From assembly GCF_009914755.1 (NCBI RefSeq), contig NC_060931.1: a DNA stretch of 64,000 bases. One strand, 5' to 3'. The DNA is from the human T2T-CHM13v2.0 reference genome, Homo sapiens. Below the pieces are notes generated by a model. It was not told where the DNA came from. It searched no databases and saw only the letters and a program-made list of their open reading frames with translations. Shown in pieces: positions 48,420 through 64,000 of this stretch. The translations under genes were made by a program, and so were the position numbers. Within the stretch, counting starts at the first letter, position 1; the number at the start of each line of letters is the position of its first letter.

Positions 48420-49440
48420 TTACAATTTGGCATGTTTTTGCAGTGGCTGGTACCGGCTGTTCCTTTCCATGTTTAGTGCTTCCTTCAGGAGTTCTTGTCG
48501 GGCAGGCCTGGTGGTGACAAAATCTCTCAGCATTTGCTTGTCTGTAAAGGATTTTATTTCTCCTTCACTTATGAAGCTTAGTTTGGCTGCATATGAAATT
48601 CTGGGTTGAAAATTCTTTCTTTAAGAATGTTGAATATTGGCCCCCACTCTCTTCTGGCTTGTAGAGTTTCTGCTGAGAGATCAGCTGTTAGTCTGATGGA
48701 CTTCCCTTTGTGGGTAACCCAACCTTTCTCCCTGGCTGCCCTTAACATTTTTTCCTTCATTTCGACTTCGGTGAATCTGACAATTATGTGTTTTGGAGTT
48801 GCTCTTCTCGAGGGGTATCTTCGTGGCGTTCTCTGTATTTCCTGAATTTGAATGTTGGCCTGCCTTGCTAGGTTGGGGAAGTTCTCCTGGATAATATCCT
48901 GCAGAGTGTTTTCCAACTTGGTTCCATTCTCCCCGTCACTTTCAGGTACACCAAACAGACGTAGATTTGGTCTTTTCACATAGTCCCATATTTCTCGGAG
49001 GCTTTGTTCATTTCTTTTCATTCTTTTTTCTCTAAACTTCTCTTCTCACTTCATTTCATTCATTTCATCTTCCATCCCTGATACCTTTTCTTCCAGTTGA
49101 TCAAATCGGCTACTGAAGCTTGTGCATTTGTCATGTAGTTCTCGTGCCCTGGTTTTCAGCTCCATCAGGTCATTTAAGGACTCCTCTGCATTGGTTATTC
49201 TAGTTAGCCATTCGTCTAATCTTTTTTCAAGGTTTTTAACTTCTTTGCAATGGGTTCAAACTTTCTCCTTTAGCTCGGAGAAGTTTGATTGTCTGAAGCC
49301 TTCTTCTCTCAACTCGTCTCGTCAAAGTCGTTCTCTGTCCAGCTTTGTTCCATTGCTGGTGAGGAGCTGTGTTCCTTTGGAGGAGGAGAGGTACTCTGAT
49401 TTTTAGAATTTTCAGTTTTTCTGTTCTGTTTTTCCCCCAT
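48420..49440 (-). pseudogene. L1 ORF1, disrupted
   Basis: KRNEQSLREIWDYVKRPNLRL fragment (48578-49021) with frameshifts. Confidence 0.9.
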
Positions 49441-50018
49441 CTTTGTGGTTTTATCTACCTTTGGTCTTTGTTGATGGTGACGTACAGATGGGGTTTTGGT
49501 GTGGATGTCCTTTCTGTTTGTTAGTTTTACTTTTAACAGTCAGGACCCTCAGCTGCAGGTCTGTTGGAGTTTGCTGGAGGTCCACTCCAGACCCTGTTTG
49601 CCTGGGTATCAGCAGCAGCAGAGGCTGCAGAACAGCGAATATTGCTGAACAGCAAATGTTGCTGTCTGATCATTCCTCTGGAGGTTTCATCTCAGAGGGG
49701 TATCCAGCCGTGTGAGGTGTCAGTCTGCCCCTACTGGGTGGTGCCTCCCAGATACGCCACTTGGGGTTCAGGGACCCACTTGAGGAGGCAGTCTGTCCAT
49801 TCTCAGATCTCAAACTCCATGCTGGGAAAACCACTACTCTCTTGAAAGCTGTCAGACAGGGACATTTAAGTGTACAGAGGTTTCTGCTGCCTTTTGTTTG
49901 GCTATGCCCTGCTCCCAGAGGTGGAGTCTACAGAGGCAAGCAGGCCTTCTTGAGCTGTGGTGGGCTCCACCCAGTTCAAGCTTCCTGGCTGCTTTATTTA
50001 CCTACTCAAGCCTCAGCA

Positions 50019-50201
50019 ATGGCGGGCACCCTTCCCCCAGCCTTGCTGCCACCTTGCAGTTCGATCTCAGGCTGCTGTGCTAGCAATGAGCAAGGCTCTG
50101 TGGGCATGGGACCCTCTGAGCTAGGCACGGGATATAATCTCCTGGTGTGCCATTTGCTAAGACCATTGGAAAAGCACAGTATTAGGGTAGGAGTGACCTG
50201 A
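50019..50201 (+). pseudogene. L1 antisense ORF0 homologue, 60 aa
   Basis: MAGTLPPALLPPCSSISGCCASN...IRVGVT-stop resembles the ORF0 N-terminus MAGAPPPASLPPCSLISDCCASN. Confidence 0.75.
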
Positions 50202-50748
50202 TTTTTCAGGTGCCATCTGCCACAGCTTTGCTTGGCTATGAAGGGGAATTCCCTGACCCCTTGCACTTCCTGGATGAGGTGATGCCTGGCCCTGCTTCGG
50301 CTCACGCTCAGTGTGCTGCACCCACTGTCCTGAACCCACTGTCCAACAAGCCCCAGTGAGATGAACCCAGTACCTCAGTTGGAAATGCAGAAATCACCTG
50401 TCTTCTGTGTTGCTCACGCTGGGAGCTGTAGACTGGAGCTATTCCTATTCGGCCATCTTGGAACCACCCCGATTTTACCTCCATGTACACACTTATACCA
50501 AGAAAATATCTCCAATTTATTTCCTTTTCCCTTTGTCATGTGACATAAGATTTATTGACTTAATATCAGCATCTAAGTATTGTTAACTTTATGTAATAGC
50601 ATTTGGGTTGGGGATTGATATATTTCCGGTTGTATGAAGAATAGTTGTATTATGTTAGGCATAATTATGACCTTACTATTATCTTTATTTGAAGATTATG
50701 TATGATCTCAGGAGATGTGTATGGGTTCAAGTTGACAAGAGGTAGACT

Positions 50749-51198
50749 TGTGATGGTTAATACTGAGTGTCAACTTGATTGGATTGAAGGATGCAAAGTA
50801 TTGATCCTGGGTTTGTCTGTGAGGGTATTACCAAAGGAGGTTAACATTTGAGTCAGTGGGCTGGGAAAAGAAGACCCACCCTTAATCTGGCTGGGCACCA
50901 TCTATTCAGCTGCCAGCAGAGCCAGAATATATAGCAGGCAGAAAAATGTGAAAACACAGGACTGGCCTAGCCTCCCAGCCTACATCTTTCTCCTGTGCTG
51001 GATGCTTCCTGCCCTCGAACATCGGACTCCAAGTTGTTCAGCTTTGGGACTTGGACTGGTTTCCTTGCTCCTCAGCTTGCGGACAGCCTACTGGGGGACC
51101 TTGTGATCGTGTGAGTTAATACTACTTAATAAACTCCCCTTTATATATATACATATATATCATTAGTTCTGTCCCTCTAGAGAATCCTAACTAATACA
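50749..51198 (+). mobile_element. 3' LTR, MLT2A1-type
   Basis: tgtgatggttaatactgagtgtcaac...ctaataca, preceded by purine-rich aagaggtagact; AATAAA near 51128. Confidence 0.95.
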
Positions 51199-51459
51199 GA
51201 CAGGGTCTCACTCTGTTGCCCAGGCTGGAGAGCAGTGGCATGATTTTGGCTCACTGCAACCTCCAGCTCCGGAGTTCAAGTGATTCTCATGCCTCAGCCT
51301 CCCAAGTAGCTAGGATTACAGGTGCATGCCACCACACCCAGCTAATTTTTGTATTTTTATTAGATATGGGGTTTCACCATGTTGGCCAGGCTGGTCTCGA
51401 ACTCCTGATCTCAAGTGATCTGCCTGCCTCAGCCTCCCAAAGTGCTAGGATTACAGGTG
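51199..51459 (-). mobile_element. Remainder of host Alu (early S, Sz-like)
   Basis: Continues gacagggtctcactctg exactly from 38466; candidate TSD agatggct at 38427-38434 and 51460-51467. Confidence 0.9.
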
Positions 51460-52379
51460 AGATGGCTGTTAATCTTCTGGTATCTTCTCATTTTGTCTTT
51501 GGGAAGCCCTACAAGTATAAAATATCTGCATTTCCTATTGCTGCCTGTAGAAGGAAGACAGCATAACACATCATATCAATTTGTTCTGAAGCTGAAGGAA
51601 ACATGATAGTGATCTCTAAGGCAGTGTTTATTTCATGGTAGAGTCGTCAAGACTATCTATATACATAATTTGCATTTTAGTCTTCTGGATCTTTAATTTT
51701 TATAAAGGTTGAACATTATATATCCATATGTTTATAATGCCCAAATTTGTTTTCCTTTAAGCTCAGCATCACTGTAGCAGTTACTGCACACTACATAAAG
51801 ACTTTTGTGAGATTTTAAATAATAAGCTCAATTTGAAATCTTTTCAGAAAAAACTAACTCAATAAGGCCAAAACAGTGATTTCATAATTATCTCAATCTT
51901 ATTTGCCCCCAACTCTAAGAAGTATAACCATGGTAGTCATGGCAATTTACACTAGGAAGCTAAATTGTCTCTTTTCTAAATTACCATATGTACAAATTCT
52001 GCCTTTGGTGAAAGTGCTATGTTACTTGCAATCCATGGAATAGCTATTCATGTCTGAAGACATTCAAACTGACAAAAAAGAAATAAAAAAGAGAGACGGG
52101 TAAATTAATTGGAATATATAGAAAGAATTTACCAGAGTCAGCAATTATTCTCCATTACTTTCTTTCCATATGCACTTTACCACAGCAAACGGTCACGAAC
52201 TAAACTAAACTGTTGTCTGACTCAGTTGTTTGACAATTCCCTATCTTCTTTAAGAGGAACCAATGGGTATATTTCCCTTGTAATTTTTGAGGGTTTTCCT
52301 CTTTTTCAATATTAATATTATAACAGAAAAATTTGCTTTACTGTATTATTAAAATTTTGCTCAACATTTCAAAAACAGC

Positions 52380-53385
52380 ATTTTTTAGTTGTAGTAAAAT
52401 CTATACATAAAATTTACTTATAACCATTTATAGATATACAGTTCAGTGGTTTTAAATAAATTCATATTAGTGTGCAACCATCACCACCATCAATCTACAG
52501 AACTTTTTCATCTTCCCAAACTTAAATCCCATATCCATTAAACAATAACTCCCCAGGACCCCTTCCTCCAGCCCCTGGTAACCATTCTACTTTCTATCAC
52601 TATGAATTTGACTACTCTAGGTATCTTGTATAAGTGAAATAATTCAGTATTTGTCCTTTTGTGTGGCTTATTTCACTTAGCATAATATCTTCAAGGTTCA
52701 TTCATATTGTAATATGCACCAGAATTTCCATTTTAAGGCTGAGCAATATTCCATTGTATGTATATGCCACCTCTTGTTTATCCATTTATCTGTCTATAGA
52801 CAGTTCAGGTGCTTCCACAGGTTAGCTCTTACAAATAATGCTGCTATAAACATGAGTGTACAAATATCTATTTGAGTCCCTGCTTTTGTTTCTTTTGAGT
52901 ATATATCCAGAAGTAGAATTGCTGGACCATATGGTCATTTTATCTCTAATTTTTTGAAGAACCACCATACTGGTTTCCATAGTGGCTGTACCATTTTATG
53001 TTCCCATCAGCAATGCACAAGGGTTCCAAGGTATCTCCACAAATTTGCCAACACTTGTTATTTTCTATTTTGTTATTATTATTATTATTATAGCCATCTT
53101 AATAGGTATGAAGTAGTATCTCGTTGTAGTTTTGATTTGCATTTCCCTAATGATTAAAGATTTTGAGCATCATTTCATATGCTTATTGGTCATTTGTATA
53201 TTTTCTTTGGAAAAATGTTTATTGAAGTTCTTTGTCCGTTTTTTAATCTGGTTGTTTGGTTTTTTAATTGTTGAACTGTAGGAGTTATTTATGTAGTCTG
53301 GCTATTTAACCCCTTATCAGATACAAGGTTTGAAAATATTTTCTTCCATTCCGTGGGTTGCCTTTTCACTCTGTTGATAGTATCC
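52380..53385 (-). mobile_element. 5'-truncated L1MB-type LINE
   Basis: L1MB-like 3' UTR (accatcaccaccatc...aacaataactcccc) and ORF2 tail in reverse. Confidence 0.85.
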
Positions 53386-56300
53386 TAACTATAGTTTTCA
53401 GCTTTAATAATTTCAGAAATATAAATGATACAAGCTTCTTAAAAATCATTTGAAAGTTTATTTAAATGTTTAGCTTGTTTAGTTTTGTAAATTTTGACTA
53501 GTAAATTGTTAATTTTATTTTTTTCTTTCAGCCTTCTGAAGATGCCAAAACAAAAAACTAAAATTAAAATATTATAACTCAAAATTCACAAAATTAGGGA
53601 GGAAGTAGAGCAAGATGGTGGAATAAAAGGCTCCACAGATCATCTCCTCCACAAGAACACCAACTGAACAACTATCTACACAGAAAAAAAAAAAAAACAC
53701 CTTCATAAAAGCCAAAAATCAGGTAAGCACTCATAGTACCTGGTTTTAACTTCATATCATTGAAAGAGGCACTGAAGAGACAGAAAAAACAGTCTTGAAT
53801 CCCTGATGCCACCTCTCCAGTCCTGGCAATGGAGGTGTGGTACAGAGAGCACTTCTGGGCACTGGGGGAGGGAGAACACAGCAATTGTGACACACTGAAC
53901 TCAAGTGCTGTCCTGGTAGAGCAGAAAGGAAAACCAGACCAAACTGACACTCACCCACAAAGGAAGCATTTAAACCAGCCCTAGCCAGAAGAGAATCACT
54001 GATCCCAGTGGTCAGAGCTTGAGTTCCCACAAACCTTAGCACTGCCGACCAGTACTCTGTGTCTCCAAATAAACCTGAAAGGCAGTCTAGGCCTTTCTGC
54101 AACTTTTAGATGAGTCCTAATGCTGAACTAGGCCCAGAGATAGTAAAGTGGAGGGGCATGCATCATAGTGAGACACCAATTGGGGCAGCCAAGGGAGTGT
54201 CTAACTGGTATCATCCATCCCCTAACCCCAGGCTGCACAGCTCACAGCTTCAAAAGAGACCCTCCTCTTTCTCCCGCTTGAGGAGAGGAGAGGGAAGAGT
54301 GGGGAGGACTTTGTCTTGCATCTTGGATACCAGCTCAGCCACAGTAGGAAAGAGCGCTGGTCAGTCATGAGGTCCCCATTCCAGGCCCTAGCTCCCAGAT
54401 GACATTTCTACATACACCCTGGGCCAGAAGGGAACATGCTTCCTTGAAGGAAAGGACCCAGTCCTGGCAGCATTCATCCCCTGCTAACTGAAGAACCCTT
54501 GGGCCCTGAATAACCAGTAGTGATACTCAGGTACTACATCAAGGGCCTTGGATGAGCCTCTGAGACTTGCTGGCTTCAGGTAACAGCATGAACATGAGGG
54601 GTAGAGCACCAAAGAAGCTCCTGGGGTCCCCGATTCCAGGACTTGATTATTGGATGGCTTTTCTGGATCTGCCCTGGGCCAGCGGAGAGTCCATTGCCCT
54701 GAAGGGTGAGTCCCACACCAGGCAGCATTCACCACAAGCTGACTTAAGAGCCTTTGGTCCTTAAGGGAACATCAGCAGTAGTCTGACAGTATTCCTGGTG
54801 GCCTGTGGTGGTGGTGGCTATGGGGTGAGGCTCCTCCTTTGGAAAGGGGAAGGAAGAGTGGGAAGGACTGCATCTTGTGGTTTAAGTGCCAGCTCAGCCA
54901 CAGTACAATAAAACACTAGATAGACTTCTAAGGTTTTTTACTCTGGTCCCTAACTCCCAGATGGCATCACTGGACCCACAGGAACTTGGGGGACCTTGCT
55001 GCCCTGAAGGAAAGGAGACAGGCGTGGCTGGCTTTGCCACTGGCTGATTGTAGAGCCCCAGGGCCTTGAGCAAACACAGGCAGTTTCCAGAAAGTAGTTA
55101 CAGTGGTGGGCCTTGGGCAAGACCCAGTGCTGTGCTGGCTTCAAGCCTGACCCAGCCCAGTCATAATGGTGGTGGCCACAGAGGTGCTTGTGTCCCTCCA
55201 CCCATAGCTTTAGGGGGCTCAGAACAGAGAGAGAGAAAGAGAGAGAGAGGGAGAGAGAGACTCTGTATGTTTGGGAGAAAGTAAGAGAAGAGATCAAGAG
55301 TCTCTGCCTGGTAATCCAGAGAATTCTCCTGATCTTGTCCAAGACCATCAAGGCGGTACCTCTACAAGTCTGCAAGAACCACAGTGTTACTGGGCTTGGG
55401 GTGCCCCCTAAAGCAGATACAGCTTAGATCACAACACTCAAGTCCTTTAAAATATCTGGAAAGCCTTCCCAAGAAGGATTGGTACAAATAACCCCAGACA
55501 GTGAAGACTACAATAAATACTTAAACTCTTCAATGCCCAAACACCAAAGAACATCTACTAGCATCAATACCATCCAGGAAAACATGACCTCACCAAATGA
55601 ACTAAATAAGGCACCAGAGGCCAATCCTGGAGAAACAGAGATATGAGACCTTTTAGACAGAGAATTCAAAATAGCTGTGTTGAGGAAACGGAAAGAAATT
55701 CAAGTTAACACAGAGAAGACATTTAAAATTCTATCAGATAAATTTAATAAAGAGATTGAAATAACAAAAAAGAACCAAGCAGAAATTCTGGAGCTGAAAA
55801 ATGCAATTGGCATACTGAAGAATGCACTAGAGTCCTTTAATAGCAGAACTGATCAAGCAGAAGAAAGAATTAGTGAGCTTGAAGACAGCCTATTTGAAAA
55901 TGCACAGAGGAGACGAAAGAAAAAAAGAATAAAAAACAATGAAGCATGCCTACAGGACCTAGAAAATAGCTTCAATAGGGAAAATCTATGAGTTATTGGC
56001 CTTAAAGAGGAGGTAGAGAAAGGGATAGGGGTAGAAAGTTTATTCAAGGAGATAATAACAGAGAATTTCCCAAACCTAGAGAAAAATATCAGTATCTACA
56101 TATAAGAAGCTTATACAACACCAAGCAGATTTAACCCAAGACTACCTCAAGGCATTTAATAGTCAAACTCCCAAAGGTCAAGGATAAAGAAAGAATTGTA
56201 AAAGAAGTAAGAGAAGAGAAACAAATAGAATAAAATGGAGCTCTAATATGTCTGGCATCAGACTTTTCAGTGGAAACCTCACAACCCAGGACAGAGTGGC

Positions 56301-56667
56301 ATGACATATTTAAAGTGCTGAAGAAAAAAAAAAAACTTTTGCCCTAGAATAGTATATTTGATTAAAATATCCTTCAAACACAAAGGAGAAATAAGACTTA
56401 CCCAGACAAACAAAAGCTGAGGAATTTCATCAACACCAGACCTGTCCTACAAGAAATGTTAAAGGGAGTACTTAAATCAGAAAGAAAAGGACATTAATGA
56501 ACAATAAGCAACCACCAGAAGGTACAAAACTCAGTGGTAATAGTAAGTACACAAAAAAACACAGAATATTATAACATTGTAACTGTTATACTCTTATGCT
56601 AAGTAGAGAGACTACACGATGAACCAATCAAAAATAGTAACTACAACAACTTTTCAAGACATAGTGC

Positions 56668-56710
56668 TATTATATATATGTAAATATATATGTATATAAA
56701 TATATATATA

Positions 56711-56783
<73 letters not shown>
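56668..56783. repeat. Compound (TA)n(GA)n microsatellite
   Basis: Directly visible. Confidence 0.95.
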
Positions 56784-56789
<6 letters not shown>

Positions 56790-56791
56790 CT

Positions 56792-57092
56792 GGCTCAGCA
56801 CAATGGCTCATGCCTGTAATCCCAGTACTTTGGGAGGTCAAGGAGGGTGGATCACTTGAGGCCAGGAGTTCAAGGCCAGCTTGGGCAACATGGAAAACCC
56901 TGTCTCTCCAAATAATTTTAAGAAATAAGCTGAGTGTGGTGGTGTGCACCTGTGTGGTCTCAGCTACTAGGGAGGATGAGGTGGGAGGATTGCTTGAGCC
57001 TTGGAGGCAGAGGTTGCAGTGAGTCAAGATCACGCCATTGCACTCTAGCCTGGGCAACAAAGCAAGACCCTGTCTCAAAAAAATAAATAAAT
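56792..57092 (+). mobile_element. AluJ
   Basis: Alu dimer; TSD agaaacaac. Confidence 0.9.
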
Positions 57093-57094
57093 AG

Positions 57095-57511
<417 letters not shown>

Positions 57512-60500
57512 TAAAATAAATGGGTTATAAGATAGTATTTGTAAACCTCATTTTAACCTCAAACCAAAAAACATACAATGGATACACAAAATATAAAAAG
57601 TAAGAGTCCAAATCATATCACCAGAGAAAATCACCTTCACTAAAAGAGGAAGGAAAGAAAGAAGGAAGAGAAGACCACAAAACAACCAGACTACAAATAG
57701 CAAAATGATAGCAGTAAGTCCTTACTTATTATAATAACATTGAATGTAAATGGACTAAACTGTCTTATGAAAATACGTACACTGGCTAGATGAAAAAACA
57801 AGACCCATCGATCTGTTGCCTACAAAAAAACAAAACAACAGCAACAAAAAACACTTCACCTGTAAAAACACACATAGACTGAAAATAAAGGGATGGAAAA
57901 AGATATTCCATGACAATGGAAACTAAAAAAGAACAGGAGTTGCTACACTTATATCAGACAAAATAGATTTTAAGACCAAAACTCTAAGAAGAGACAAAGA
58001 AAGCCACTATACAATGAGAAAGGAGTCAACTCAGCAAAATAATATAACAATTTTAAATATATATGCACCCAACAGTGAAGCACCCAGATATATAAAGAAA
58101 ATATTACTAGTGGTAAAGAGAGAGATACACCCCAACACAATAATAGCTAGAGACTTCAACGCCCCACTTTCAGCATTGATAGATCTTCCAGACAAAAAAT
58201 CAACAGACACCATTAGTCTTACTCTGCACTAGAGACCAAGTGGATCTAATAGATATTTACAGAACACTTCATCCAACAGCTGTAGAATATGCATTCGTTT
58301 CCTCAGCACATGGATCATTCTCAAGGATAGAGTATATGTTAGGTCACAAAACAAGTCTGAAAACATTCAAAAATTGAAATAATATCAAGCATCTTCTCTG
58401 ACCACAGTGGAATATAACTAGAAATTAATAACAAGAGGAATTTTGGAAACTATACAAATACATGGAAATTAAACAAAGTGCTCCTGAATGACCAGTGGGT
58501 CAATGAAGACATTTTAAAAAATTGAAAAATTTCTTCAAACAAATGATAATGGAAAAACAAAATACTAAAACCTCTGGGATACAGCAAAAGCAGTACTGAG
58601 AGGGAAGTTTATAGCTGTAAGTGCCCACATCAAAAAAGGGTAAAAACCTCAAATAAACAATCTAGTGATGCATCTTAAAGGAATAGAAAAGCAAGAGCAA
58701 GCCAAACCCAAAATTAGTAGAAGAAAAGAAATACTAAGGACCAGAACAGAAATAAATGAAATTGAGATGAAGAAAAAAATACAAAAGATCAATAAAACAA
58801 AAAGTTGGTTTTTTAAAAAGTTAAACAAAATTGACAAACCTCTAGCCAAACTAAAAGACAGAAAATCCAAATAAATAAAATCAGAAATGAAAAAGGAGAC
58901 ATTTACAACTGATACTGCAGAAATTCAAAGTATCATCAGTGGTTACTACAAGCAACTATATGACAATAAATTGGAAAATCTAGAAGAAATGGACAAATGT
59001 CTATATACATAAAACCAACCAAGACTGAATCAGAAAGAAATTCAAAACCTAAACAGACCAAGAACAAGTAATGAGATCGAAGCCATAATAAAAAGTCTTC
59101 CAGTAAAGAAAAGCCCAGGACCTGATGGCTTTACTGCTGAATTCTACCAAACATTTAAAGAAGAACTAATACCAATCCTTCTCGAATTATTCCAAAAAAT
59201 AGAAGAAAAAGTAATACTTCCAAATTCATTCTACAAGGCCAATATTACCCTGATACCAAAACCAGACAAAGACACATCAAAAAAAGAAAAACCACTGATG
59301 AATATTGATGCAAAAATCCTCAAGAAAATACTAGCAAACCGAATTCAACAATACGTTAGAAAGATCATTCATCATGGCTAAGTGGAATTTATCCCTGGAT
59401 GCAAGAATGGTTCAACACATGCAAATCAATCAATGTGATACATCTTATCAACAGAATGAAGGATAAAAACCACAGGATTATTTCAATTGATCCTGAAAAA
59501 GCATTTGATAAAGTTCAACGTCCTGTTATGATAAAATCCCTCAAAAACCTGGGGATAGAAGGAACATATCTCAACATAATAAAAGCTACATATGACAGAC
59601 CCACGGTATCATACTGAATGGGGAAAAACTGAAAGCCTTTCCTCTAAGATCTGGAATATGGCAAGGATGCCCACTGTCACCACTGTTATTTAACATAGTA
59701 CTGGAAATCCTAACTAGAGCAATCAGACAAGAGAAAGCTATAAAGGGCACCCAAATTAGAAAGGAAGAAGTCAAATTATCCTTGTTTGCAGATGATATAA
59801 TCTTATAATTGGAAAAACCTACTAAAGACTCCACAAGAAAACTATTAGAACTGAGAAACAAATTCAGTAAATTTGCAGGATACAAAATCAACACACAAAA
59901 ATCAGTAGCATTTCTATATGCCATAGGTGAACAATATGAAAAAGAAATTTAAAAAGTAATCCCACTTATACACATAAAATTAAATACCCGGAAATTTACT
60001 TGCCAAAGAAGTGAAAGATCTCTATAATGAAAACTACAAAATACTGAAAGAAATTGAAGGGGACACCAAAAAATGGAAAAATATTCCATGTTCATGGATT
60101 GGAAGAACCAATATTGTTACAATGTCCATACCACCCAAAGCAATCTACAGATTCAATGCAATCCCTATCAAAATACTAATGATATCCTTCCCCAGAATAC
60201 AAAAAAATTCTAAAATTTATATGGAACCACAAAAGTCCCAGAATAACCAAAGCTATCCTAAGCAAAAGGAACAAAACTGGAGGAATTACATTACCTGACT
60301 TTGAATTATACTACAGAGCTATAGTAACCAAAACAGCATGGTACTGGCACAAAAAAAGACAATAGCTCTATGGAACAGAATAGAGAACCCAGAAACAGAT
60401 CCACACGCCTAGAGTGAAGTCATGTTTGACAAAAGTACCAAGAGCATACACTGGGGAAAAGACAGTCTCTTCAATAGATGGCACTGGGAAAACTGGATAT

Positions 60501-60531
60501 CCATATGCAGAAGAGTGAAACTAGACCCCTA

Positions 60532-60933
<402 letters not shown>

Positions 60934-61674
60934 TCAAGTCAAAATTGGAGAAAATCTCTAGGGCATTGGTCTGGGCAAAAATTTCTTGAGTCCCACAAGT
61001 ACAGGCAACCAAAACAAACATGGACAAATGAGATAACATCAAGTTAAAAAGCTTCTGCACAGCAAAGAATACAATCAACAAAATGAAGAGACAACCCACA
61101 GAATGGGAGAAAATCTTTGCAAAATACTCCTCTGATAGGGGATTAACAACCAGAATATATAAGGAACTCATACAACTCTATAGGAAAAAAAATCTAACAA
61201 CCCAATCAAAAAATGGGCAAAACATTTGAACAGACATATCTCAAAAGAAGACATACAAATGGCAAAGAAGCATATGAAATGGTGCTCAACATTACTGATC
61301 ATCAGAGAAATGCAAATCAAAACTACAATGAGATACCATCTCACCCCTGTTAAAATGGCTTATATACAAAAGACAGGCAATAACAAATGTTTGTGAGGAT
61401 GTGGATAAAAGGGAACCCTTGTATTCTGTTGGTAGGAATGTAAATTAGTACAATCACTAGGGAGAATTTGGAGGTTCCTCAAAAAACTGATCATTGAGCT
61501 ACCATAGGATCCAGCAATTCCACTGCTGGGTATATCCCCCAAAGAAAGGAAATCATTATATCAAAGAGATATTTCCACTCCTATGTTTGCTGCAGCACTG
61601 TTTACAATAGCTAGGATTTGGAAGCAACCTAAGTGTCCATCAACAGATGAATGGATAAAGAAAATGTGGTACTT

Positions 61675-62008
<334 letters not shown>

Positions 62009-62534
62009 CTATTCAGCCATAAAGAAGGATGATAACCAGTCATTTGCAACATGGATGGAACTGGAGATCATTATGTTAAGGAAAACAAGCCAGGCACAGA
62101 AAGACAAACATCGTATGTTCTCACTTACTTGTGGGATCTAAACATCAAAACAATTGAACTCATGGACACAGAGAGTAGAAAAATAGTTGCCAGAGGCTGG
62201 GAAAGATAGTGGGGGAATCGGGGGAGATGAGGATGGTTAATGAGTGCCAAAAAAATGGAACAAATGAATAAGACCTACTATTTGATAGGACAACAGGGTG
62301 ACTATAGTCTATAATAACTTAAATGTATATTTTAAAATAACGTATGAAGTGTATCGTATTGTTTGTAACTCAAATAACAAATGCTTGAAGGGATGGATTT
62401 TTTAAAAAAGAATCTCATCCACTGGGGAAAAAATTTCACTAAATTAAGTAAGTATGAAATACATTTAAATAAGTATTTAAAGGGTGTTTTTATAAGTCTG
62501 TAGCATTTATGCTTCTGAAATTATTAAAACTTAA

Positions 62535-63286
<752 letters not shown>

Positions 63287-63629
63287 CTACACAATTCTTT
63301 GGACTCTTTTGGACATTTGAAATTTTTCACAATAAAATATTCGAAAAAAGTCGGGTCAAGAGATATAATTTAATTATGAGAAATTAATAAAGATATATGA
63401 AAAAGGCTAAGCATAGAAGCAAAGTGATTATCAACATTATTATACCCAAGACAAATTCTTGCTACAGTTTAGTCCTCCTTTCAGGAACTTTTTTCCAAGA
63501 TCTATATTTATGACCAAGAAGTGTGTCTTATATCCAGGAAGCTTTTTTTTCTTTCTTTCTTTCTTTTTTGCCGTAAAGAATGACTGCAACACTTCCTAAG
63601 ATGCTTGGGCATGTTAGATAGCTACTTTG

Positions 63630-64000
63630 TGAACTCATTCAGCTGTTCGTCATGTATTCAGTAAGTATTTCCTATGTGCCAGGCACAGTACACAGCAGTG
63701 GAGATACGATCATAAAACACACAATCTTTAACCAACTGACTTTATAGTCTAGCTGAAGAGAGAGAGGAGGGCAGAAAAATAGAGTCTTATGACAAAGTGT
63801 AAAGTGCTATATAGCATGTTCAGCATTATAGCACTATTGTATTACAGCATATTATGGAACCACAAAAGAATAGAATGCAATCCAACCTTGCAAATACAAT
63901 AATGGCCTCCCTGAATAAGTGAGAGGTGTTAGCGGTGGGGAGAAGGTATAGAAATTAACCAGGTAAAGAGGGGATTGATGAATGTCTCAATTAGAGGGAA
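63630..64000 (-). mobile_element. L2 3' end relic
   Basis: tattcagtaagtatttcctatgtgccaggcac...tttatagtctag motif; runs off the window end. Confidence 0.65.

Noticed and set aside
54280-55020. Dispersed ~550-bp-period repeat (ccagctcagccacagta)
   Set aside because: Appears to be the normal internal repeat structure of L1MA-type 5' UTRs

Overview
Human genomic DNA: a near-consensus AluYa5, a human-specific subfamily, lies at 21639. The window is repeat-dominated and no intact cellular protein-coding exon is recognisable. Main contents: (1) a processed HMGB3 pseudogene (23152-25335, -, 16-bp TSD) with two Alus in its 3' UTR. (2) A complete env-less HERV-L provirus with MLT2A1-type LTRs (38467-51198, +), integrated inside an Alu and itself carrying a full-length L1PA4/5. 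(3) Two more full-length or near full-length old L1s (L1PA13-like 10052-16283 -, L1MA1/2-like 53597-62430 +). (4) About 30 Alus/monomers, THE1 and ERV1-class solo LTRs, Tigger7/MER44 and MER115 DNA transposons, and MIR/L2 relics. All LTR elements are on +, which weakly suggests an intron of a minus-strand gene that I could not identify. Least expected observations: a ~590-bp inverted copy of 57034-57618 pasted into a MIR at 32719-33310; an 18-nt minus-strand microexon candidate (30737-30754); a 21-bp-stem hairpin with a (TTTA)n loop (36899-36962); palindrome-associated junctions; and a Kozak-perfect 305-aa integrase-dUTPase ORF. I see no convincing evidence of a new multi-gene system. Subfamily calls are from recalled consensus diagnostics, not from a database search.
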